A DNA stretch of 64,000 nt from Candidatus Latescibacterota bacterium (GTDB lineage: Bacteria; Latescibacterota; UBA2968), in assembly GCA_965198115.1 (NCBI GenBank), contig OZ240241.1, positions 5,376,001 through 5,440,000 on the forward strand. The letters run 5' to 3'. Below are positions 41,744 to 51,798 of the stretch, one piece after another (the stretch's first letter is position 1; each line of letters opens with the position of its first letter). The notes below the pieces were generated by a model. The model had not been told where the DNA came from, ran no database searches, and saw only the letters and a list, made by a program, of their open reading frames with translations. The translations under genes and the position numbers were made by a program.

Positions 41744-41771
41744 GGTCCTGGGGAAACCCGGGACCTTTTTT
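41744..41771 (+). terminator. Rho-independent terminator
   Basis: GGTCCTGGG-GAAA-CCCGGGACC-TTTTTT. Confidence 0.75.
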
Positions 41772-41876
41772 GTGACAACGCGTGCGCTCGCCCCCGTGCT
41801 CTGCACGGGGGCATCTGGCGTACGGCCAGTGAAACAGGTCTCTGTCAACCATGACCGCACAAGGGCAATACCAGCC

Positions 41877-43583
41877 GTGATTCAGATCCGGAACCTCACA
41901 TTCTCCTACGGCGACGCGGTCGTACTCCGTGACGTTTCGGTCGATCTGGTCTTCGGCCAATCGGTCGCCATCCTCGGGCGGAACGGTTCTGGCAAATCGA
42001 CGTTCCTCCGCTGCCTCAACGGGTTGCTCCAACCCGACTCGGGTGACATCACCGTCGATGGCCAGACGACCGCCGATGTCGGAAACCTGCCCGAACTTCG
42101 CCGTCGAGTCGGTCTCCTCTTCCAGAATCCTGACGAACAGGTCGTTTCGGCGGTCGTCGATTCGGACATCGCCTTCGGTCTCGAGAACCTCGGGCATCGA
42201 CGCGAAGAGATCGTCGATCGTGTGGAAGAAGCGCTCGTTCGGTTCGACCTTCACGCCTATCGGAATCGTTCGACCCACGCGCTTTCCGGTGGCGAACGTC
42301 AGCGCCTCGCTCTCGCCGGCGTCTGGGCCGCCCGGCCACGCTATCTTCTGCTCGACGAACCGACTGCGCTCCTCGACCCTGCCGCCGCCCTGGCATCCCT
42401 CGACCTGATCTTCACGCTCACGGCCGAGGGCGTCACCCCCATCGTCGTCACCCACGACCCCGATGTGGCGGTTCGGGCCGATCGTCTGCTCGTCTTGCGT
42501 GACGGCCGTCTCGTCGAGGACGGATGCCCCAGGTCGATCCTTTCCGCCGCAGGCGCCCTGACCGACCACGGATTGGCGACGACATTACCCGCGCGAATCG
42601 CTCGCAGCCTCGGACACGACGAACCCCTGCCTGTCACACACGCCGACCTCGCACGGGCCGTCGTCGGGCGACCGGTCGCGGACCTTCCCCCTCCTGCCGC
42701 CCGACCGGCGTCTCTTTCCATCATCGAATCGAAGGGCGTCCGCCACGTTTACAACGAAGGCCTCCCCGACGAAACCGTCGCCCTCGACGGCGTCGACCTC
42801 GGGATCGACGAGGGGGAAATGGTCGCCGTCGTCGGCCGCGGTGGATCCGGCAAATCGACCTTCGCCCTGCACCTGAACGGCCTTCTCTTCCCCACGCAAG
42901 GATGTCTCTCCGTTTCGGGACACTCGATGAACCCGAAGCTTTCCCGCCAGAACGCCCTGCGAATTCGACGCGAAGTCGGTCTCATTTTCCAGTTTCCAGA
43001 AACGCAGCTCTTCGCGGAAACCGTCGCGGAGGACATCGCATTCGGGCCCAACAACCTGGGTCTTGACGAGGTCGACCGACGTGTCAACCAGGCCCTCGTC
43101 GATGTCGGTCTCGATCCGGCGCGCTACCGGGATCGCAACCCGTTCACCCTGAGCGGTGGCGAAAAGCGACGCGTCGCCATCGCCGGCGTGCTCGTCACGA
43201 ATCCACGCCTCGTCGTCCTCGACGAACCGACCGCCGCCCTGGACCCCTCGGGAGCCGGCGACTTCGACGTGCTCCTCGGACGTCTCAGGGCCGATGGCGT
43301 GACCGTCGTCATGATCACCCACGACCTCGACCGTGCTTCCCGCGCGTGCGACAGGATCATCGCCTTCGACGGCGGTCGCGTGGCCTTCGCGGAGCCACCT
43401 CAAAACGCGTTCGTGGAGCGCGAGCGATTGTCATCCCTCGGACTGGTCCCGCCCGACGTCGTACGGCTCGCCGACAGCCTGCGGGCCGCGGGGTGCCCCA
43501 TACCACTCCACGCTGTCAATGAGGATCAAATCGTCGACGCACTCGGCGGAACTCCGCCGGACGAAAGCAGTCATCAGGGTTGA
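41877..43583 (+). CDS. ECF transporter ATPase with two fused ABC domains (EcfA/CbiO-like)
   Basis: Two Walker A motifs, FQNPDEQ / FQFPETQLF, two LSGGE signatures, DEPTA. Confidence 0.88.
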   Translation: MIQIRNLTFSYGDAVVLRDVSVDLVFGQSVAILGRNGSGKSTFLRCLNGLLQPDSGDITVDGQTTADVGNLPELRRRVGLLFQNPDEQVVSAVVDSDIAFGLENLGHRREEIVDRVEEALVRFDLHAYRNRSTHALSGGERQRLALAGVWAARPRYLLLDEPTALLDPAAALASLDLIFTLTAEGVTPIVVTHDPDVAVRADRLLVLRDGRLVEDGCPRSILSAAGALTDHGLATTLPARIARSLGHDEPLPVTHADLARAVVGRPVADLPPPAARPASLSIIESKGVRHVYNEGLPDETVALDGVDLGIDEGEMVAVVGRGGSGKSTFALHLNGLLFPTQGCLSVSGHSMNPKLSRQNALRIRREVGLIFQFPETQLFAETVAEDIAFGPNNLGLDEVDRRVNQALVDVGLDPARYRDRNPFTLSGGEKRRVAIAGVLVTNPRLVVLDEPTAALDPSGAGDFDVLLGRLRADGVTVVMITHDLDRASRACDRIIAFDGGRVAFAEPPQNAFVERERLSSLGLVPPDVVRLADSLRAAGCPIPLHAVNEDQIVDALGGTPPDESSHQG

Positions 43584-43673
43584 CACTGCAGGGGCCGGCC
43601 GGTAACTTCAGGCGGCTCGCGTCGAGCAGCTCCCGCTGGCACGCCTACCCATCGACATCCCGAAAGCAGGCTC

Positions 43674-44975
43674 GTGACCGACGCGTCCACGCTTCTTCTC
43701 CAGAACGGTCGGGTCATCGATCCGGCCAACCGCACGAACCGGCAAGCTGACGTATTGATTCAACACGGCCGCATCGCCGGTGTCGAGCCTTCCCTCACTC
43801 CTCCCCCCGACGCATACGTCATCAACGTAGATGGATTGTTCGTCGTTCCCGGTCTGATCGATGTCCACGTCCATCTTCGCGATCCCGGATTTCCCGACAA
43901 GGAAACGGTGCAGACAGGGTGTCAGGCTGCGGCCGCAGGCGGTTTCACCACCGTGATCTGCATGCCCAACACCGACCCCAGGATCGACACGCCGGGCGTC
44001 GTCGTGGACATCCAGCAAAAAGCCGAAGATGCGGACGCCCGCGTCTTTGTCGTCGCGTGCGCGACCGTCGGCATGGCTGGAGAAGAACTCACGGACACGC
44101 CGTCTCTCCTCGAAACCGGCGTCGTAGGGTTCTCCGACGACGGCCTCCCTATCGAATCCACCGACCTAATGCGAGAGCTCCTGCGCCGGTCCGAGGAATA
44201 CGGATTCATCGTCTGCCCGCACGTCGAGGATTTCAGCTACACGCGCGGCGGACACATGCACGATGGCGACGTATCGCGTCGTCTCGGAATCGCCGGCATG
44301 GGGTCCGAAGGCGAAGCCGCCATGGTCGAACGGGACATCGATCTGGTACGCGATGTCGGCGGCCGGCTCCACATCCTGCACATCAGCGTGCGACGGGCCA
44401 TCGAACTCGTACGCAAGGCCAAAGCCGAGGGTCTGCGCGTCACGAGCGAGGCCTGCCCCCATCATTTCACCCTGACCGACGAAGACGTCCCGACGTTCGG
44501 AACAGCGGGAAAGATGAGCCCGCCCCTCCGGTCGAGGGACGACCGCGAGGCCATCCTCGAAGGTCTGGCCGACGGCACCATCGACGTCATAGCCACCGAC
44601 CACGCGCCCCACACGACCGAAGAAAAGCTCCGCGCCTTTTGCGACGCACCGAACGGAATCCTAGGGCTCGAAACGGCCGTCGGCAGCACGCTGACGGCTC
44701 TGGTCTACGGTGGCGTGCTGCCCCTCGAGCGCGTCATTCAAAAAATGACGTCCGAGCCCGCTCGTCTGTATGGCCTCGACGTCGGCACACTGTCGGAGGG
44801 TGCTCCCGGCGACGTCACGCTCATCGATCTGGATGCCGAATGGCAAGTCGACGCGACGACCTTCCGTTCGAAATCACGAAACACACCCTTCCACGGATGG
44901 TGCTTCCGAGGCCGTCCGACGATGACAGTCCTCGATGGACGCATCACCCACCTGCTCGAAACCGACGCCGCGTGA
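43674..44975 (+). CDS. pyrC: Dihydroorotase
   Basis: [36 protein letters not shown]. Confidence 0.93.
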   Translation: MTDASTLLLQNGRVIDPANRTNRQADVLIQHGRIAGVEPSLTPPPDAYVINVDGLFVVPGLIDVHVHLRDPGFPDKETVQTGCQAAAAGGFTTVICMPNTDPRIDTPGVVVDIQQKAEDADARVFVVACATVGMAGEELTDTPSLLETGVVGFSDDGLPIESTDLMRELLRRSEEYGFIVCPHVEDFSYTRGGHMHDGDVSRRLGIAGMGSEGEAAMVERDIDLVRDVGGRLHILHISVRRAIELVRKAKAEGLRVTSEACPHHFTLTDEDVPTFGTAGKMSPPLRSRDDREAILEGLADGTIDVIATDHAPHTTEEKLRAFCDAPNGILGLETAVGSTLTALVYGGVLPLERVIQKMTSEPARLYGLDVGTLSEGAPGDVTLIDLDAEWQVDATTFRSKSRNTPFHGWCFRGRPTMTVLDGRITHLLETDAA

Positions 44976-45003
44976 GCTACGTTCAACTGGCTGGGACACA
45001 CGC

Positions 45004-46128
45004 ATGACCGCTTACCTCGCACTTGAAGACGGGACGATATTCGAGGGCCGATCCTTCGGCGCCGACGTCGAACGCGTCGGCGAAGTCGTCTTCAACACCA
45101 GCATCACCGGCTATCAGGAGATCCTTACCGACCCGTCCTACAACGGTCAGATCGTGACGATGACCTACCCCCTGATCGGAAACTACGGGATCAATCCCGA
45201 CGACTTCGAATCCGTCAGGCCGCAGGTCGAGGGTTTCGTCGTCAAGGAAGCCTGCAAGAATCCGAGCAACTACCGGTCCGTCCAAAGCCTGGGGTCCTTC
45301 TTGAAGGAACACGACATCCCCGGCATTGAAGGGATCGACACGCGATCGCTCACGAAACACATTCGGTCCAAGGGTGCCATGAAGGGCATCCTGTCCACGC
45401 TCGATTCCGACAGGGAAAGTCTCGTCCAAAAGGCGAACGACTATCCCGGCCTCGTCGGACGCGACCTCGTTTCCCGAGTCACGTGTGGTGAACCCTATCA
45501 ATGGGCCGAAGGGCTTTACGATTTGGAAAAGGGCGAACGGACACATTTGGAAGGGAAGGCTCGCTTCCGCGTCGCCGCCTACGACTTCGGAATCAAACAG
45601 AACATTCTGCGATACCTCGTCGACCGAGGGTGCGACGTGACTGTTTTCCCCGCCGACACGCCACCGGATCAGATTTTGGAAATCGACCCCGACGGCATCT
45701 TCCTGTCGAACGGCCCGGGTGACCCTGAACCCGTGACCTACGCCGTCGACAGCATCCGCCAGCTAATCGCAGAGAAGCGACCGACATTCGGGATTTGCCT
45801 GGGACATCAGCTCATCGGACTGGCGCTCGGTGGATCTACCTACAAGCTCAAGTTCGGTCACCGTGGCGCGAACCAGCCTGTCCAACAGACCGACACGGGA
45901 AAGGTCGAGATCACCTCGCAGAACCACGGCTTCGCCGTCGACATCGATTCGCTCGACCGGGACGACGTCGTCCTCACCCACATCAACCTCAACGACAACA
46001 CCCTCGAGGGCCTGAGACACAGGGACTTGCCCTTGTTCTGTGTCCAGTATCATCCGGAAGCGTCCGCGGGACCTCACGATGCCGATTATCTCTTCGACCA
46101 CTTCGTCGAACTGATGGAGAAAGCATAG
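45004..46128 (+). CDS. carA: Carbamoyl-phosphate synthase small subunit
   Basis: GEVVFNT..TGYQE, SNGPGDP, GICLGHQ, QYHPEA. Confidence 0.96.
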   Translation: MTAYLALEDGTIFEGRSFGADVERVGEVVFNTSITGYQEILTDPSYNGQIVTMTYPLIGNYGINPDDFESVRPQVEGFVVKEACKNPSNYRSVQSLGSFLKEHDIPGIEGIDTRSLTKHIRSKGAMKGILSTLDSDRESLVQKANDYPGLVGRDLVSRVTCGEPYQWAEGLYDLEKGERTHLEGKARFRVAAYDFGIKQNILRYLVDRGCDVTVFPADTPPDQILEIDPDGIFLSNGPGDPEPVTYAVDSIRQLIAEKRPTFGICLGHQLIGLALGGSTYKLKFGHRGANQPVQQTDTGKVEITSQNHGFAVDIDSLDRDDVVLTHINLNDNTLEGLRHRDLPLFCVQYHPEASAGPHDADYLFDHFVELMEKA

Positions 46129-46205
46129 AGGGCGCTCCCCTCCGGGTCGCGGCTTTCCACGGGAACTTTCGCACCGCGTATCCGTCCAACTGCTGTGTGC
46201 ACGGC

Positions 46206-46250
46206 TTGACGACGTGCGCCGAACAGGCTATTCTTTGGCACGAAGCCTGC
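46206..46250 (+). promoter_or_regulatory. Tandem sigma70 and sigma54 promoter motifs
   Basis: TTGACG-17 bp-TATTCT immediately followed by TGGCACG-N4-CTGC. Confidence 0.55.
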
Positions 46251-46277
46251 CGAATCGGGAAGGTATGCGAGGTCTTC

Positions 46278-46715
46278 ATGAAGACGTATCTCATCATCGC
46301 CGCACTTTTACTGGGTTTCGGGACGGTCCAAGCCGGAACCGGGATCGACCTGGGGAACAGCCGCGTGCTGAACCCCCTCAAGCCAGAGGCCGCACTCCAG
46401 GGTCTGTTCGATCGATCCAAGTTCGACATGAACCAGACCGTCGGAATGAGCTTCGGAACAGGGGGTTCCGGGTTTTCGCAATACTACCTGAACTCGCTGA
46501 CCTACAAACCGTCCGACAAGCTCACCGTCAATGCCACGCTCGGATTGCACAACAGGGCCTACGGGAGTGGATTTTACGGATCGGCCACGAACGGTGCGCA
46601 GATCATCGTGCCGAACGTGGGAGTGACCTATCGGGTCAAACCGAACATGACGTTTCACATCGGCTTCAGCAGCATCCCCAACTACTACTACCGTCCGTCC
46701 TGGGGTCACTGGTAA
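46278..46715 (+). CDS. Secreted hypothetical protein, beta-strand-rich (possible small outer-membrane protein)
   Basis: GAGG RBS, signal peptide MKTYLIIAALLL..VQA, amphipathic strands, aromatic C-terminus. Confidence 0.75.
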   Translation: MKTYLIIAALLLGFGTVQAGTGIDLGNSRVLNPLKPEAALQGLFDRSKFDMNQTVGMSFGTGGSGFSQYYLNSLTYKPSDKLTVNATLGLHNRAYGSGFYGSATNGAQIIVPNVGVTYRVKPNMTFHIGFSSIPNYYYRPSWGHW

Positions 46716-46740
46716 GTTCCCGTCCCTATCGTGATCCATC

Positions 46741-46773
46741 AAAACGCGCGAGGCATCTGTCTCGCGCGTTTTT
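46741..46773 (+). terminator. Rho-independent terminator
   Basis: AAAACGCGCGAGGC...GTCTCGCGCGTTTTT. Confidence 0.75.
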
Positions 46774-46872
46774 CATTTTTCCTTTTAACTTTTGACTTTT
46801 CCCACCCAGTGTGCCTAAGGTGAAACGACCACGAAGACACTTGCGCCAAACCGACTTCAAGGCCACTTTTTG

Positions 46873-48294
46873 GGCTCTATCCGGGTTTCTCAACGGTGAA
46901 ACTATAGAATGACAAGGTCATAGATCGTTCCCTACGCTTGGTTGTGTGTGTAGGACAATCAAAGCGAAGGGGGTGCGACCTATGACCGGGAGCAGATTAC
47001 TATCGAAACTGCTGAGATTCAAGGGGTTCCGTGTTGTCAGCTGGTGGTTTGAGGGGAGAAGCTGTTTCGTCATCGCCGTAAAGCCACATAAGAATGGTTG
47101 TGTTGTTGTCCGGAGTGCGGCCGTCGAGGTAAAATCGTCCGCACAATGCCCCATCCGCGTCGGTGGCGTGACATTCCGGTGTGCGGGTGGAGGGTCTGGC
47201 TTCTCTACCATCCTCGGGAGATTCGGTGTCCTACCCACGGTCGTGTGGTCGAGGAGATTCCGTGGGCGGAGCGGTTCTCTCGGGTGACGTATCGCTTCGA
47301 GTATGCCATGCTGCGCTACTGCCAGACCATGACGCAGAAGGCGGCGTCCGAGTTGCTGCGCATCTCTGCCTCGACGCTGTCGGATCTCCTTCACCGATCC
47401 ATCACGCGGCTTCGTGAAGGTCATTGTATCCGAGGGCTCAAAACCATCGGGATCGACGAGATCTCCTACGCCAAGCGTCACAGGTACGCCACGCTCGTTT
47501 ACGATCTGGACCGCTCCTGCGTGGTGTGGGTTGGCCGCGGCAGGGCGCGTAAAACGATCGATCGGTTCTTCACAGAGGCTCTCAGTCCCTACCAGAGATC
47601 CAAGATCGAGTGGGCCTGCTGCGACATGAGCGAAGCTTACATCGGAGCCATCCAGGAACACTGTCCGAATGCCAAGCTGGTCCTCGATCGCTTTCACATC
47701 GTCAAGGCTCTCAATGCCGCCGTTGACGAGGTCCGTAAGGACCAGTGGCGTAAAGCTGCCCCGGATGAGCGCAAAGCCATGAAGGGCCTCCGATGGCTCC
47801 TCTACCGGCACTCAGCGACACGCTCCAGAGGGGATACTCGGACACTCAAAGCACTGGAGAAGGCGAACTACCGAATCTATAGAGCCTGGAGACTCAAGGA
47901 CGAGTTCGAGCAGTTCTGGGAATACAAAGCGCCCTGGGCTGCCGAACGCTTCCTGAAATGCTGGACGACGTCCGCACTCAGAAGTCGACTTGAACCCCTG
48001 CGAAAGTTCGTCAGGACCCTGCGACAGCACTTCTTCGGCGTCCTCGCATTCGTGAACACGCGTCTTACCAACGCCATCGCCGAAGGCCTCAACCGAATCG
48101 TCCAAATCGTCAAGAACCGAGCCAGCGGATTCCGCACACTCGACGCATTCAACGATATGATCTTCCTTACCGTCGGAGACATAAACATCCCTGAGCAGAT
48201 TCCGAAGAGGTTCCGCACACGCTAACCGCGCCCCCATGCCAGGAACCACGGCACCTTCACCCACTTCAGCTCGTTGAGAGATCCGGATATAGCC
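46873..48294 (+). mobile_element. ISL3 element, copy E (1422 bp)
   Basis: DR ACTTTTTG. Confidence 0.95.
46946..48225 (+). pseudogene. ISL3 transposase with a 2-bp insertion near 47100
   Basis: ggttgtgttgttgt versus ggttgttgttgt in other copies. Confidence 0.85.
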
Positions 48295-48299
48295 ACTTT

Positions 48300-48740
48300 T
48301 TGGTACGCTACGTCCTGCCGCCGCTCATCGCCGTCGTCTGTGCGTTCTTCTACTTCAATCGGCCGGAACCCACGGTGGAAGAACCTGAGCCCATCCGGCG
48401 GAGCTACAAGCACATCAAAGTCGAGGTTCTCAACGGGTGTGGCGTGAACGGCCTGGCAAGAACCGTGGGGGGGCGTCTTCGCGATCTTGGTTTCGACGTG
48501 ATGACCCTGGAAAACGCCGACAGCTTCGACTATCCCGAGTCGATCGTGATCGACCGTATCGGAAAAGTGTCCGAGGCTGACCGCGTCGCTCAGGCTCTCG
48601 GAATCCCGAACCGTATTCAGCAGATCATACCCGACCCCTTCCGAATCGAAGGCGTGACCGTCATCGTCGGAAGAGACTATCGCCGATTGGGACTGCCGCC
48701 GACTACGACGGCCGCGCACAACCCGGAAATCCCACCGTGA
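48300..48740 (+). CDS. LytR C-terminal domain protein
   Basis: N-terminal TM; VEVLNGCGVNGLA, NAD, VIVGRDY; TTG start lies inside the ISL3 target duplication. Confidence 0.85.
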   Translation: MVRYVLPPLIAVVCAFFYFNRPEPTVEEPEPIRRSYKHIKVEVLNGCGVNGLARTVGGRLRDLGFDVMTLENADSFDYPESIVIDRIGKVSEADRVAQALGIPNRIQQIIPDPFRIEGVTVIVGRDYRRLGLPPTTTAAHNPEIPP

Positions 48741-49120
48741 TCTCCACCACTGCCTACACCCCACTCCAGACGATCGACCACTGTTCGGAGTGGCTGCTCG
48801 ACAGGAAGGGCGAGGACCTCGTCGCCCTCGACCTCCGAACGATCGCCGAGTTCACGGACTACTTCCTGATCTGCACGGGAACGTCCGATGTTCAGGTGCG
48901 TGCCCTCGCAGACGCGGTCATCGAAGGCATGAAGGATGCCGGACAACGACCCTTGCACGTCGAGGGATACGACAGCCGCAGGTGGATCCTGATCGACTTC
49001 GTCGACGTCGTCATCCACATTCTCCAACCCGAAGAGCGCCAATTCTACGGTCTCGAACGCCTCTGGGGTGACGCACCCACCCGCAGCATCGTCGACGAAC
49101 ACCAACCTCAGCCAGCCTGA
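48737..49120 (+). CDS. rsfS: Ribosomal silencing factor RsfS
   Basis: KGED...LD, DYFLIC, WILIDF.DVVIH, RQFYGLERLW. Confidence 0.93.
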   Translation: MISTTAYTPLQTIDHCSEWLLDRKGEDLVALDLRTIAEFTDYFLICTGTSDVQVRALADAVIEGMKDAGQRPLHVEGYDSRRWILIDFVDVVIHILQPEERQFYGLERLWGDAPTRSIVDEHQPQPA

Positions 49121-49123
49121 TCC

Positions 49124-50155
49124 TTGCCGGTCGCGACCATCAACTGGGTCGATGACGGTCTCCGGCTCATCGACCAGACCCGCCTGCCCGAAGAGCTCAT
49201 CCACATCGACTGCCGCGATGTCGAAACGGTCGCCGAAGCCATCAGGATGCTGCGGGTCCGCGGGGCCCCCGCCATCGGCGTAGCCGCAGCCTACGGCGTC
49301 GTCATCGCCGCCCAGGAGGCCACGCGTGCCGCCGACCCCGTCGCGCACATCCGCGCGGCGATCGACACCCTCGGCGCCACACGGCCGACCGCGGTCAATC
49401 TGTTCTGGGCCCTCGATCGGATGACGCGCGTCCTCGACGCGGCAGCCAGCGAGTCCCTCGCCGCGATCCACGACCGGCTGTTCGCCGAGGCACAGACGAT
49501 CTTCGAAGAGGACAAAACCACGTGCCGGGCGATCGGCCGTCACGGAGCCGGATTGCTCGGCGCAAAGACGACGATTCTCACGCACTGCAATGCCGGTGGT
49601 CTCGCAACAGTCGACTACGGCACGGCCTTGGCGGTCGTCTACGCCGCCGTCGAGCAAGGGAAGCAGGTCGCCGTCTACGCCGACGAGACGCGACCTCTGC
49701 TACAGGGATCGCGTCTCACCGCCTGGGAGCTCCAGCAAAGCGGCGTCGACGTCACCGTCATCTGCGACAGCATGGCCGCCACCGTGCTCCGTGACAAACC
49801 GATCGATTGCGTCATCGTCGGTGCCGACAGGATCGCCGCCAACGGTGACGTGGCTAACAAGATCGGGACCTACGGCGTCGCCATCCTGGCCCGAGAGCAC
49901 GACATCCCGTTCTACGTAGCCGCACCGCTCTCCACGATCGACATGTCGCTCGCCGAGGGCAGTCTGATCCCGATCGAGGAGCGGTCCCCGGTCGAGATCA
50001 CACACGGCATGGGCAAGCAAACGGCCCCGGAAGCCGTCCACGTCTACAACCCCGCTTTCGACGTCACACCCCACCGACTCGTGAACGCCATCATCACCGA
50101 CCACGGCGTCGCGGAGGCCCCTTACGAATCTGTGTTCAGATCCTGGTTTTCATAG
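49124..50155 (+). CDS. mtnA: Methylthioribose-1-phosphate isomerase
   Basis: DQTRLP, VRGAPAIG, RPTAVNL, THCNAG, ETRP.LQGSRLT, ANKIGTY. Confidence 0.93.
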   Translation: MPVATINWVDDGLRLIDQTRLPEELIHIDCRDVETVAEAIRMLRVRGAPAIGVAAAYGVVIAAQEATRAADPVAHIRAAIDTLGATRPTAVNLFWALDRMTRVLDAAASESLAAIHDRLFAEAQTIFEEDKTTCRAIGRHGAGLLGAKTTILTHCNAGGLATVDYGTALAVVYAAVEQGKQVAVYADETRPLLQGSRLTAWELQQSGVDVTVICDSMAATVLRDKPIDCVIVGADRIAANGDVANKIGTYGVAILAREHDIPFYVAAPLSTIDMSLAEGSLIPIEERSPVEITHGMGKQTAPEAVHVYNPAFDVTPHRLVNAIITDHGVAEAPYESVFRSWFS

Positions 50156-50187
50156 CTTACTGCCGATATCAAAAGGTTATATAAAGG

Positions 50188-50226
50188 ACGGGCCCGATCT
50201 GGATCGGGTGACGTCCTTTTCCTTTT
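50188..50226 (+). terminator. Probable terminator hairpin after mtnA
   Basis: AAAGGACG..CCCGATC-TG-GATCGGG..CGTCCTTTT followed by a T-rich tract. Confidence 0.5.
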
Positions 50227-50333
50227 TCACCACCGCCGGCACGTGCTCGGATGGACGCGTAGGACGTCGTCGGGAGGGTTGATATCAACCCGGACATATG
50301 ACCTAAACCCTGAATTTTCAGCCACATATTTAT

Positions 50334-51753
50334 GGCTCTATCCGGGTTTCTCAACGGTGAAACTATAGAATGACAAGGTCATAGATCGTTCCCTACGCTT
50401 GGTTGTGTGTGTAGGACAATCAAAGCGAAGGGGGTGCGACCTATGACCGGGAGCAGATTACTATCGAAACTGCTGAGATTCAAGGGGTTCCGTGTTGTCA
50501 GCTGGTGGTTTGAGGGGAGAAGCTGCGTCGTCATCGCCGTAAAGCCACATAAGAATGGTTGTTGTTGTCCGGAGTGCGGCCGTCGAGGTAAAATCGTCCG
50601 CACAATGCCCCATCCGCGTCGGTGGCGTGACATTCCGGTGTGCGGGTGGAGGGTCTGGCTTCTCTACCATCCTCGGGAGATTCGGTGTCCTACCCACGGT
50701 CGTGTGGTCGAGGAGATTCCGTGGGCGGAGCGGTTCTCTCGGGTGACGTATCGCTTCGAGTATGCCATGCTGCGCTACTGCCAGACCATGACGCAGAAGG
50801 CGGCGTCCGAGTTACTGCGCATCTCTGCCTCGACGCTGTCGGATCTCCTTCACCGATCCATCACGCGGCTTCGTGAAGGTCATCGTATCCGAGGGCTCAA
50901 AACCATCGGGATCGACGAGATCTCCTACGCCAAGCGTCACAGGTACGCCACGCTCGTTTACGATCTGGACCGCTCCTGCGTGGTGTGGGTTGGCCGCGGC
51001 AGGGCGCGTAAAACGATCGATCGGTTCTTCACAGAGGCTCTCAGTCCCTACCAGAGATCCAAGATCGAGTGGGCCTGCTGCGACATGAGCGAAGCTTACA
51101 TCGGAGCCATCCAGGAACACTGTCCGAATGCCAAGCTGGTCCTCGATCGCTTTCACATCGTCAAGGCTCTCAATGCCGCCGTTGACGAGGTCCGTAAGGA
51201 CCAGTGGCGTAAAGCTGCCCCGGATGAGCGCAAAGCCATGAAGGGCCTCCGATGGCTCCTCTACCGGCACTCAGCGACACGCTCCAGAGGGGATACTCGG
51301 ACACTCAAAGCACTGGAGAAGGCGAACTACCGAATCTATAGAGCCTGGAGACTCAAGGACGAGTTCGAGCAGTTCTGGGAATACAAAGCGCCCTGGGCTG
51401 CCGAACGCTTCCTGAAATGCTGGACGACGTCCGCACTCAGAAGTCGACTTGAACCCCTGCGAAAGTTCGTCAGGACCCTGCGACAGCACTTCTTCGGCGT
51501 CCTCGCATTCGTGAACACGCGTCTTACCAACGCCATCGCCGAAGGCCTCAACCGAATCGTCCAAATCGTCAAGAACCGAGCCAGCGGATTCCGCACACTC
51601 GACGCATTCAACGATATGATCTTCCTTACCGTCGGAGACATAAACATCCCTGAGCAGATTCCGAAGAGGTTCCGCACACGCTAACCGCGCCCCCATGCCA
51701 GGAACCACGGCACCTTCACCCACTTCATCTCGTTGAGAGATCCGGATATAGCC
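50334..51753 (+). mobile_element. ISL3 element, copy F (1420 bp)
   Basis: DR ATATTTAT. Confidence 0.95.
50407..51684 (+). CDS. ISL3-family transposase
   Basis: Same protein sequence as copy A. Confidence 0.95.
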   Translation: MCRTIKAKGVRPMTGSRLLSKLLRFKGFRVVSWWFEGRSCVVIAVKPHKNGCCCPECGRRGKIVRTMPHPRRWRDIPVCGWRVWLLYHPREIRCPTHGRVVEEIPWAERFSRVTYRFEYAMLRYCQTMTQKAASELLRISASTLSDLLHRSITRLREGHRIRGLKTIGIDEISYAKRHRYATLVYDLDRSCVVWVGRGRARKTIDRFFTEALSPYQRSKIEWACCDMSEAYIGAIQEHCPNAKLVLDRFHIVKALNAAVDEVRKDQWRKAAPDERKAMKGLRWLLYRHSATRSRGDTRTLKALEKANYRIYRAWRLKDEFEQFWEYKAPWAAERFLKCWTTSALRSRLEPLRKFVRTLRQHFFGVLAFVNTRLTNAIAEGLNRIVQIVKNRASGFRTLDAFNDMIFLTVGDINIPEQIPKRFRTR

Positions 51754-51760
51754 ATATTTA

Positions 51761-51789
51761 TTGACATCGATAAGACTGAGCCTTAAACT
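51761..51789 (+). promoter_or_regulatory. Sigma70 promoter of SPOR/MltD/mreD operon
   Basis: TTGACA-17 bp-TAAACT, 9 nt before ATG 51799, no SD. Confidence 0.65.
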
Positions 51790-51798
51790 TAAGCTCCG

